From positions 40,998 through 104,997 of the forward strand of contig CAVESF010000001.1 in NCBI GenBank assembly GCA_963618495.1: a stretch of 64,000 nucleotides of DNA, in the 5' to 3' direction. This DNA is from Acutalibacteraceae bacterium. Its GTDB lineage: Bacteria > Bacillota > Clostridia > Oscillospirales > CAG-272. Below the pieces are notes generated by a model, which did no database searches, was not told the origin of the DNA, and was given only the letters and a program-made list of their open reading frames with translations. This document shows positions 26,412-34,175 of this stretch, piece after piece; the first letter of the stretch is position 1; each line of letters starts with the position of its first letter. The position numbers were made by a program, and so were the translations under genes.

Positions 26412-27380
26412 TTATTTTCCGTAGAATAAATCCGTGGGAAGCTTGCCGCCGACAGAAGAGGGATTTGCCTCGAAAAGCACGGCAAGCATATCCTGCATGC
26501 ACTTGTTGGCGTCATCGCCCGTGATAAAGCAGATATTGCAGTTTGGAAGCGCTTTCTTTGCCAGAGCCGCCTTGGGAATGATACCATATTTTTCGATGAG
26601 CTGTGATGCTTCTTCGCCATTTGCGTTTACATATTCCACAGATGCCGCAAGCTCGGAGACGACAGCCTTGTATGCCTCGGGATGCTCGCTCTTGAATTTA
26701 TTGGAAACGACGATACAGCCCTGCGCGAGCTTGCTCGTGCTGACCTTGTCCCACTCTGCCGTGATATCGAGAGCGATGCGCAGGTCGCCTGTCTTGCTTA
26801 TGAGCGCGCTCGTGACATTCGGCTCGGGAAGCACGCCTATGGAAACCTCGTCCGCAGCAAGCTTTGCCGCAAGTTCCGCATGTTCGGAAAGATACTCTAT
26901 GGTAACATCCTTTTCGGGGTCAATGCCGTTTTTTTCAAGGATATATTCGAGAACATACTGCGGCGTTGCGCCTGCTCCCGTGGAATATATCGTCTTGCCC
27001 TTAAGCGAAGAGATATCGGTCACTTCATTGCCGTTTTCAAGAACATAGAGCACACCGAGCGTGTTCACGGCAACAAGGCTTATATCCGCGCCCTTATTTA
27101 TCAGCACGGAAGCGAGATTTACCGGCATGGCGGCGAAATCCACCTTTTCGCCGATTACGGCGGCAGAAACCTCCGTCGGAGCGGCGGCTATAGTAAATTC
27201 ATATTTGTTTTTCGTCTTTCCGTCATCGTTATCAGCCATAAGCTTGGAAATGCCCATGCCCGTCGGACCCTTGAGCGCAATCATGCGAACCGTTACGGAT
27301 TCTTCCTCCTGAACCTTACCGCAGGAGAAAAAGGCGAAGACCATTGCGAGTGCAAGCAGTAATGCAAATATTTTTTTCAT
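26412..27380 (-). CDS. ABC substrate-binding lipoprotein (NMT1/THI5- or SsuA-like)
   Basis: Lipoprotein signal MKKIFALLLALAMVFAFFSCG and a periplasmic-binding-protein-like layout. Substrate unknown. Confidence 0.65.
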   Translation of the reverse strand: MKKIFALLLALAMVFAFFSCGKVQEEESVTVRMIALKGPTGMGISKLMADNDDGKTKNKYEFTIAAAPTEVSAAVIGEKVDFAAMPVNLASVLINKGADISLVAVNTLGVLYVLENGNEVTDISSLKGKTIYSTGAGATPQYVLEYILEKNGIDPEKDVTIEYLSEHAELAAKLAADEVSIGVLPEPNVTSALISKTGDLRIALDITAEWDKVSTSKLAQGCIVVSNKFKSEHPEAYKAVVSELAASVEYVNANGEEASQLIEKYGIIPKAALAKKALPNCNICFITGDDANKCMQDMLAVLFEANPSSVGGKLPTDLFYGK

Positions 27381-27402
27381 TTTGTTTTTCCTCCATAATC
27401 AT

Positions 27403-28068
27403 TTATTTTCTCGTTGCACCATATAAACGAGTCTTATCAAGAACAGCAACCCTGCCGTTCCCGTATGTTATGATACCGTTCTCCGAGAGAGAGGCAAAAG
27501 CTCTGTATATGGACGCCCGCCCTATGCCGAGCGCAGATGACATGCGCGAAACATTGACGGGAAATTCCCCGCTGCCCTCCGGCATAGCCGAGAGGAGCGA
27601 CAGCGCGACGGCACTCTCCGTATTCGGAGTGGAGAAACCCGTTATTTTCCCGTTGAGAAAGCGTATCCTCTCCGTGAGAAAGCGTATATAGGCAAGCGAA
27701 ACAACACTGTCAAGCGTGAAAATCTCCGCAAGCGTCTCCTCCGGAACAAAAAGTACCTCGCTTTTCTTCTTTGCCGAAACAGTGCTCACATATTCGCCGC
27801 TGCCGCCGAAAAGAGCCGCCGCGCCGAAAATCCCTCCCTTATCTATAGTGCGGAGCAGGATATCGCTCTCGCCGTTCTTTCCGTGGACGGTGAGAGTTCC
27901 GCTTATCACTATGCCTATGCCGCGAAAGAAGCTCGCCGGCGAATATATCGTCTCGCCGCCGCAGAAGCCGCGCACATTGCAGGAGCAAAGGCGCACGAGC
28001 GTGTCGTGCGAAGCGCCCGAAAAAACGGGGCTTTGCGAAAGTATTTTGCCGAGCGTTTCTTCTTTCAT
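27403..28068 (-). CDS. Crp/Fnr-family transcriptional regulator
   Basis: N-terminal cNMP-binding-like beta-roll and a C-terminal HTH (MSSALGIGRASIYRAFASL). Confidence 0.8.
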   Translation of the reverse strand: MKEETLGKILSQSPVFSGASHDTLVRLCSCNVRGFCGGETIYSPASFFRGIGIVISGTLTVHGKNGESDILLRTIDKGGIFGAAALFGGSGEYVSTVSAKKKSEVLFVPEETLAEIFTLDSVVSLAYIRFLTERIRFLNGKITGFSTPNTESAVALSLLSAMPEGSGEFPVNVSRMSSALGIGRASIYRAFASLSENGIITYGNGRVAVLDKTRLYGATRK

Positions 28069-28224
28069 GGTTTTATCTCCAAAACTGTATCATTTGGTAC
28101 AGGTTCATGATATCATATCTTTTTTTGTTTGTCAATAAATTTTTGAATTTTTTTGCAAAAAGCTATACCAATATTCCGACTTATGTGGTATACTTATTAT
28201 GTATAATTGTGTTCGGAGGTATGT

Positions 28225-29130
28225 ATGAAAGAGGATTTCCTTTCAGTTGTTGCGGCGCGTGGCGACACGCAGATAAGGCAAAACGAAGGACTTGCAAAAT
28301 ACAGCACTTTCAAAATAGGCGGAGAAGCGCGATATGCGATTTTCCCCGAGAACAAAAACGCACTCGTTTTCGCCGTCGCCGCCTGCCGCGAAGCAAATAT
28401 TCCGTATAGGGTCATCGGTTGCGGCTCGAATGTTCTTTTCGACGACGGCGGTTTTTCGGGCGCCGTGATATTTACAAAGTGGGTCAATAAAACAGAGGTC
28501 TCGGAAAATATCATCCGTGCGGAATGCGGGCTTCCGCTCTCCGCGCTCAGCACCCTCGCAAAAAACGCTTCCCTCTCCGGACTCGAATTTGCTTTCGGCA
28601 TTCCAGGGAGCGTCGGCGGCGCGGTATATATGAATGCGGGTGCATACGGCGGCGAGATAAAGGATACGCTCGCCGAGGTCGAATATTTCGATACGGAAAC
28701 GGAAACGCTCCGCCGTGCGCCTTCCGCAGAGCTTGCACTCGGATACAGGGAGAGCATCTTTCAGCATAAGCCTTATCTCCTGCTCTCGGCGACTTTCGCG
28801 CTGCACCGCGGCGACCGCGCGGAAATAGAAGCGAAAATGGCTTCCAACATGGCGGCGCGAAGAGACAAACAGCCGCTCGAATATCCGAGCGCGGGCAGTG
28901 CTTTCCGCCGTCCCGTCGGGCATTTTGCCGCCAAGCTTATCGACGATGCGGGGCTTCGCGGGCTTTCCTATGGAGACGCGCAGGTCTCGGAGAAGCATGC
29001 GGGTTTCATAATCAACCGCGGAAGTGCCACGAGCGGCGATGTTCTGGAGTTGTGCCGTATAATAGAAGAAGAAGTGGCGGGGCGCTACGGCATTTCGCTC
29101 GAAACAGAATTTATACATATCAAAGATTAA
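28225..29130 (+). CDS. murB: UDP-N-acetylenolpyruvoylglucosamine reductase
   Basis: YSTFKIGGEARY FAD-binding motif and AGSAFRRP near the C-terminus. Start set at ATG 28225 (GGAGGTATGT upstream). Confidence 0.9.
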   Translation: MKEDFLSVVAARGDTQIRQNEGLAKYSTFKIGGEARYAIFPENKNALVFAVAACREANIPYRVIGCGSNVLFDDGGFSGAVIFTKWVNKTEVSENIIRAECGLPLSALSTLAKNASLSGLEFAFGIPGSVGGAVYMNAGAYGGEIKDTLAEVEYFDTETETLRRAPSAELALGYRESIFQHKPYLLLSATFALHRGDRAEIEAKMASNMAARRDKQPLEYPSAGSAFRRPVGHFAAKLIDDAGLRGLSYGDAQVSEKHAGFIINRGSATSGDVLELCRIIEEEVAGRYGISLETEFIHIKD

Positions 29131-29158
29131 AAAAACAAAAATTCATCGGAGGAGTAAT

Positions 29159-30091
29159 ATGTCGTTTTCATCGCGTGCAAAGGAAGAAATGACCGTAAAA
29201 CTGCCAAAGCAGAAATGCTGTGAAAAAGCGAGGATTTTCGGCATATTGCTTTTTTCGGGCGGCTTTACGAGGAGCAGTATTTCCGTCACCACGGAAATAG
29301 CGGAGGCTATAGAACTTGTGCGCAGGTTTTTCTCAGAGACTTTCGGCGATGAGGGCAAAACCGAAACAGTCGCCTCGAAAAGCGGCAAGGCACTGCGCTT
29401 TTCCATAACGGAGAAAGATACTGTGGAGGCGGCTTTCGCCTATTTCGGCATAGGCGAGGACGATATGATAGACGATGATTTTTCGCTCTCCGCGGAAAAC
29501 GCCGTCTGCTCCTCCCTGCTCTGCACCGACTGCGAGCGAAGTTTCATCGCGGGAGCTTTCATCTCCTGCGGCTTCGTCTATCCTCCCGACAAAAAATATC
29601 AGGCGGAATTTGTGATGCGCGACCGCGAACTGCGCAATATTCTTGCAGGGCTTCTCTGCCGCCGCGAGCTTGCGCCGAAAAAGGTGGAGCGGCGCGAAAA
29701 ATGCGTACTCTATCTTCAGGGCGTGCAAAAGGTTTCAGACCTGCTCGGCATGTGCGGCGCGACGACCTGCTATTTCGATGTGCTCAATGCTCAGGCTTTT
29801 CACATAACGGCGGAAGCGGCAAACCGCTCGACAAACTTTGAAGTGGCAAACCTCAAAAAAACTGCGCTCACCGCGGGCAAGCACATAAATATAATAAACG
29901 AAATAATCATGCTCGGCAAATTCGAAGAGCTTTCGCCCGAGCTTCGCAAAACGGCAAAACTCCGCGTCGAAAACCCGTATCTCACACTTGCCGAGCTTGC
30001 CGGAATGGAGGTTCCGCCTGTCTCCAAATCGCAGGAGAGCAAGCGCTTATCCAAAATTTCGGATTTTCTTGAAGCGATAAAAAACAAGTAA
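29159..30091 (+). CDS. whiA: DNA-binding protein WhiA
   Basis: MSFSSRAKEE...CC...A N-terminus, a LAGLIDADG-like middle and a C-terminal HTH. 310 aa. Confidence 0.88.
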   Translation: MSFSSRAKEEMTVKLPKQKCCEKARIFGILLFSGGFTRSSISVTTEIAEAIELVRRFFSETFGDEGKTETVASKSGKALRFSITEKDTVEAAFAYFGIGEDDMIDDDFSLSAENAVCSSLLCTDCERSFIAGAFISCGFVYPPDKKYQAEFVMRDRELRNILAGLLCRRELAPKKVERREKCVLYLQGVQKVSDLLGMCGATTCYFDVLNAQAFHITAEAANRSTNFEVANLKKTALTAGKHINIINEIIMLGKFEELSPELRKTAKLRVENPYLTLAELAGMEVPPVSKSQESKRLSKISDFLEAIKNK

Positions 30092-30104
30092 AGGAGGGAG
30101 AAAA

Positions 30105-33100
30105 GTGTCTTTCGTTCATCTTCATCTGCATAGCGAATACAGCCTGCTGGACGGCGCTTTCCGCATAGCCGATATACCGAAAGCGGCAAAAGCCTGCGGG
30201 CATAATGCCGTCGCAATAACAGACCACGGCGCGATGTACGGCGTCGTCAATTTCTATCGTGCGTGCAAGGAAGAGGGCGTCAAGCCAATTATCGGCTGTG
30301 AAGTCTATACCGCTTCGGAATCGCGTTTTGACAAGCGCGAAGCCGCAGACGGCGGGAAATATCATCTCGTCCTCCTTGCGGAGAACGAAACCGGCTACAA
30401 AAATCTCATTTATATGGTCTCCCGCTCGTATACAGAGGGCTTCTACGGCAAGCCGCGCGTCGATATGGAGCTCCTGCGCGAGCATTCCGAGGGGCTTATC
30501 GCGCTTTCCGCCTGCCTTGCGGGATATATTCCGCGGCATATCATGGCGGGCGATTTCGATGGCGCACGCGAGCGCGCACTTGAATTTGACCGCATATTCG
30601 GGCACGGAAATTTCTATCTTGAGCTTCAGGACCACGGCATGCCCGAGCAGAAAGAGGTAAACGAAGCCCTCATCGCCATGTCGCGCGAAACGGGCATTCC
30701 GCTCGTCGCCACAAACGATGTGCATTATATGCGCCGCGCCGATGCCGATACGCAGGCAGTACTCCTCTGCATCCAGACAAACAGCCGCATTGCCGACGGC
30801 AGACCGATAGGCTTTGAAACCGACGAATTTTATTATAAATCGACCGAGGAGATGGAGCGGCTCTTCTCTTCCATTCCAGAGGCGCTGGAAAATACGCGGA
30901 AAATCGCCGACAGATGCAATTACGATTTTGATTTTTCCCATATCTATCTGCCGCGCTTCACTCCCGAAACGGGCGAAACGCCCGAGGAATATCTCCGCCG
31001 TCTCACCTACGAGGGCTTTGAGCGCAAAAAATCCTCCGGCGAGATAATTTTCGCCGAAGAAAACAGCGAGAGCACATACCGCGACCGAATAGAATACGAG
31101 CTTTCCGTCATAAGCAAGATGGGCTATGCGCAATATTATCTCATCGTGTGGGATTTCATCGCATATGCCAAGCGTGAGAAGATTCCCGTAGGTCCCGGCA
31201 GAGGCTCGGGCGCGGGAAGCCTTGTCGCTTATCTCTGCGGCATAACCGATGTGGACTCGATAAAATATGACCTCATGTTTGAGCGCTTTCTCAATCCCGA
31301 GCGCGTCTCCATGCCAGATTTTGATACGGATTTCTGCTATGACAGGCGCGGCGAGGTCATAGAATATGTTTCGCGCAAATACGGCACCGACCATGTCTGC
31401 GGCATATCCACTTTCGGTACGCTTGCCGCAAAGGCTGTGGTGCGCGATGTCGGCAGGGCGCTCGGCATGAGCTATGCAGATGTCGATATAGTGGCAAAAG
31501 CCATTCCATATGACCCGCATATCACGCTCCGCGAGGCACTCACAGGCAGACTGAAGCGCATGTATGATGAAAACGAGCAGATTCGTCGCCTGATAGATAT
31601 ATCCATGGCTCTCGAGGGAATGCCGCGCCATGCCTCGGCTCATGCCGCGGGCATCGTGATAACGGACAAGCCCGCATATGAGCATGTCCCGCTCGCTGTC
31701 AATAACGAAATGGTGCTCACACAATTCACCATGGATATCATCGAAAAACTGGGACTGCTGAAATTCGACTTTCTCGGGCTGCGCTATCTGACGATAATCT
31801 CCGATACGGAAAAGCAGATACGCAAAACAGAACCGGATTTTGATATCACGAAAGTCACGCTCGATGACGCAGGCGCATACGAGCTTATCTCTCAGGGCAG
31901 AACAAGCGGCATATTTCAGCTCGAATCCTCGGGAATGCGCCGTCTGCTCATGAATATGCAGCCGCGCAATATCGAGGATATAACGCTCGCCATCTCGCTC
32001 TACCGCCCGGGACCCATGGAATCGATACCGCAGTTTCTGCGCAACCGCACAGGAGAATCGACTCCCGAATATAAAATACCCGCCCTGCGGAAAATACTCG
32101 AAAAAACCTCGGGTTGCATCATTTATCAGGAGCAGGTAATGCAGATATGCCGCGAAGTTGCGGGCTTCTCTTTCGGGCGCGCGGATATCGTGCGCCGCGC
32201 CATGGCAAAAAAGAAAACAGCCGAGATGGAAAAGGCGCGCGCCGCTTTCGTCTACGGCGAAAAGGATGAAAACGGCAATGTCACCTGCGCGGGCGCCATT
32301 GCGCGCGGCACAAGCGAAGCCGATGCAAACGAGATTTTCGATACGATGTCGTCCTTTGCCAAATACGCTTTCAACAAAAGCCATGCCACGGCATATGCCT
32401 ATACCGCATACCGCACGGCTTATCTGAAATGCCACTATCCGAGCGAATATCTCGCTTCTCTGCTCACCTCGGTACTCGGCAATGTGACAAAGACCGTGGA
32501 ATATATCGAAGAAGCGAAAAGCTACAGGATTCCCGTGCTTTCGCCCGATATAAACGAGAGCGAAAAGCTCTATAGCGTCGTCACGGACGAAAACGGCAAA
32601 AAAGCCATACGCTACGGGCTTCTCGGAATAAAAAACGTCGGCGGCAATATTCTCGATGCCTCCATAGAAGAACGCAAAAACGGCAGATTTACCTCATTTA
32701 CGGATTTTGTTTCGCGGATGTGCTCGCACGAGCTAAATAAACGACAGATAGAGGGGCTTATCAAGAGCGGCGCTTTTGATTCGCTCGGAACGCGGCGCAG
32801 TATGCTCATTGCCGAATACGAAAATATACTCGATATCTTTGCCAAAAGGAAAAGCAGTCAGGCAGAGGGACAGCTTGACCTCTTCTCCGCAGGGCTTTTT
32901 GACGGCGCGGAAATAGAACCGCCGAACCTTGAATACGAATTCAAAGAGCGCGAGGAGCTCCCCCTGCGCGAACGCCTTAAGCAGGAAAAGGAAAGCACGG
33001 GAATGTATTTCTCGGGTCACCCTCTCGATGAATATGCGGAGCATATCGAGGCACTCGGCGCGGACTCGAGAATATCGGATATCCTGATCTCCTTTGATGA

Positions 33101-33740
33101 AGAAGCGGAATCCGAGCCGGAGCGCCGCTATGCCGATAACGAGCGCATTGCCATCGCCGGAATCATCACCTCAAGAACAAACAAACAGACAAAAAACGGC
33201 GGCTCGATGGCTTTTGCCACGCTTGAAGATAAGACGGGAGAAATAGAACTTGTATTTTTCAGCAAGGTGCTGGAAAAAATTTCATATATGATAAATCCCG
33301 ATTCGGCGATAGCCGTGGCTGGCAGAATCTCCGCCAAAGAGGACAGCGCACCCAAGCTGATAGTTTCCGATGTCGTGCTTCTCCGCCCCGCCTTCAACGG
33401 CTATGCAACTCCCATGCTTGAAAGCACGGAGGATATCCCCGACAAGCCCGCGCGCTATGAAAGAAAAACATCCGCCGCGCCTGCGGCAAATCCCTCTCCC
33501 GAGAAAAAGACGGAAGCGTCACCGAAAAAGCTTTATCTCAAAGTCCCCGATATGAGCGGTGAGATATTTGAGCGCGTATCGACTCTATTGCAGATTTTTG
33601 AGGGCGGCTGTGAAGTCATATTCTATGATATTTCGCAGGGCAAATATATAAAAGCTGTCGGCATGGGCACTTCTCCCGAGAAAAATATGCTCCTGCTCCT
33701 GCATGAGATTCTCGGCGACGGCGCCGTTGTGACAAGGTAA
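30105..33740 (+). CDS. dnaE: DNA polymerase III alpha subunit
   Basis: PHP-domain start FVHLHLHSEYSLLDGA. 1211 aa. GTG start with AAGGAGGGAG upstream. Confidence 0.95.
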   Translation: MSFVHLHLHSEYSLLDGAFRIADIPKAAKACGHNAVAITDHGAMYGVVNFYRACKEEGVKPIIGCEVYTASESRFDKREAADGGKYHLVLLAENETGYKNLIYMVSRSYTEGFYGKPRVDMELLREHSEGLIALSACLAGYIPRHIMAGDFDGARERALEFDRIFGHGNFYLELQDHGMPEQKEVNEALIAMSRETGIPLVATNDVHYMRRADADTQAVLLCIQTNSRIADGRPIGFETDEFYYKSTEEMERLFSSIPEALENTRKIADRCNYDFDFSHIYLPRFTPETGETPEEYLRRLTYEGFERKKSSGEIIFAEENSESTYRDRIEYELSVISKMGYAQYYLIVWDFIAYAKREKIPVGPGRGSGAGSLVAYLCGITDVDSIKYDLMFERFLNPERVSMPDFDTDFCYDRRGEVIEYVSRKYGTDHVCGISTFGTLAAKAVVRDVGRALGMSYADVDIVAKAIPYDPHITLREALTGRLKRMYDENEQIRRLIDISMALEGMPRHASAHAAGIVITDKPAYEHVPLAVNNEMVLTQFTMDIIEKLGLLKFDFLGLRYLTIISDTEKQIRKTEPDFDITKVTLDDAGAYELISQGRTSGIFQLESSGMRRLLMNMQPRNIEDITLAISLYRPGPMESIPQFLRNRTGESTPEYKIPALRKILEKTSGCIIYQEQVMQICREVAGFSFGRADIVRRAMAKKKTAEMEKARAAFVYGEKDENGNVTCAGAIARGTSEADANEIFDTMSSFAKYAFNKSHATAYAYTAYRTAYLKCHYPSEYLASLLTSVLGNVTKTVEYIEEAKSYRIPVLSPDINESEKLYSVVTDENGKKAIRYGLLGIKNVGGNILDASIEERKNGRFTSFTDFVSRMCSHELNKRQIEGLIKSGAFDSLGTRRSMLIAEYENILDIFAKRKSSQAEGQLDLFSAGLFDGAEIEPPNLEYEFKEREELPLRERLKQEKESTGMYFSGHPLDEYAEHIEALGADSRISDILISFDEEAESEPERRYADNERIAIAGIITSRTNKQTKNGGSMAFATLEDKTGEIELVFFSKVLEKISYMINPDSAIAVAGRISAKEDSAPKLIVSDVVLLRPAFNGYATPMLESTEDIPDKPARYERKTSAAPAANPSPEKKTEASPKKLYLKVPDMSGEIFERVSTLLQIFEGGCEVIFYDISQGKYIKAVGMGTSPEKNMLLLLHEILGDGAVVTR

Positions 33741-33841
33741 CCGATGTGAAGAAGAAATATTTTGTACTTATCTTGATACTGCTTTCTGGTCTCGGCAGCC
33801 TTTTCCTCCTCTGCGGTCTGATAGCTCTCCTTGCAACATGA

Positions 33842-34031
33842 ATAAAAAAGCGGCCGCATTCTTCTGAGGTCGCTTTTTTATTCACACTGTTTTTTTGCGC
33901 TGCTCTGCATCACCCGTTTTAGACGGATAGGGGACGCTTCGATAAAAAATGCGGCTCTGCCACCTGCGTTGACGGATGCATTTCGGCAATAGCCGCATCG
34001 ACAGAACTTATCTTCTCTCGCAGCATCACTT
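33842..34031 (-). ncRNA. candidate small RNA (about 88 nt if it stops at the first hairpin, about 190 nt if it reads through)
   Basis: Follows a near-consensus promoter (34038-34066). An internal terminator-like hairpin, ATGCGGCT...AGCCGCAT (33998-33949), is followed by T6. A second terminator lies at 33849-33874. No downstream gene on this strand. Confidence 0.35.
33849..33880. terminator. bidirectional rho-independent terminator (dnaE on plus; candidate sRNA on minus)
   Basis: AGCGGCC (33849-33855) pairs with GGTCGCT (33868-33874), with one G-T wobble. Flanked by an A6 run (33844-33849) and a T6 run (33874-33879). Confidence 0.65.
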
Positions 34032-34037
34032 TTTATA

Positions 34038-34066
34038 ATTATACCATACTTTCGGTTGAATATCAA
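34038..34066 (-). promoter_or_regulatory. near-consensus orphan sigma-A promoter
   Basis: On the minus strand: TTGATA (34066-34061), 17 nt spacer, TATAAT (34043-34038). Confidence 0.5.
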
Positions 34067-34115
34067 TAGTATTTGCCACGCAAACAAAGCTCCCGCACTG
34101 ACGCGGTGACAGACA

Positions 34116-34146
34116 GCTGACCGCCATGGTCAGCCGTTTTATTTTT
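34116..34146. terminator. hairpin 30 nt downstream of the sigma-fusion gene; the U-tract is only on the plus strand
   Basis: GCTGACC (34116-34122) pairs with GGTCAGC (34128-34134). The plus-strand tail is CGTTTTATTTTTAT and the minus-strand tail is not T-rich. Confidence 0.4.
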
Positions 34147-34175
34147 ATATCAATTTTTTGTTTGGTTCCGTGCCT

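Noticed and set aside
27381-28206. I looked for a THI-box/TPP riboswitch or other riboswitch upstream of the NMT1/THI5-like ABC importer, and for a Crp/Fnr site. The palindromes found were CTGTA-N8-TACAG at 28085-28102 and ATGATATCAT at 28107-28116.
   Set aside because: I could find no CTGAGA/ACCTGA-type TPP signature. The palindromes are short and do not match the TGTGA-N6-TCACA or TTGAT-N4-ATCAA consensus, so they are not reportable as sites.
29982-32435. 817-aa ORF antisense to dnaE, the longest unexplained ORF in the track.
   Set aside because: It lies entirely inside and opposite the dnaE frame, which has unmistakable Pol III alpha motifs. Its translation is low-complexity (R/A/G/F-rich) with no recognisable motif or RBS. 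It is a typical stop-poor shadow frame of a codon-biased gene.
33922-34026. 35-codon ORF (MLREKISSVDAAIAEMHPSTQVAEPHFLSKRPLSV) inside the candidate sRNA.
   Set aside because: It would need near-leaderless translation and it runs through the first terminator hairpin. There is no hydrophobic or otherwise toxin-like character. I kept it only as a caveat in the sRNA finding.
33878-34087. 69-aa minus-strand ORF in the dnaE-sigma gap.
   Set aside because: Its start lies upstream of, and spans, the predicted promoter at 34038-34066. It has no SD and its composition is odd. The region is better explained as a small non-coding transcription unit.
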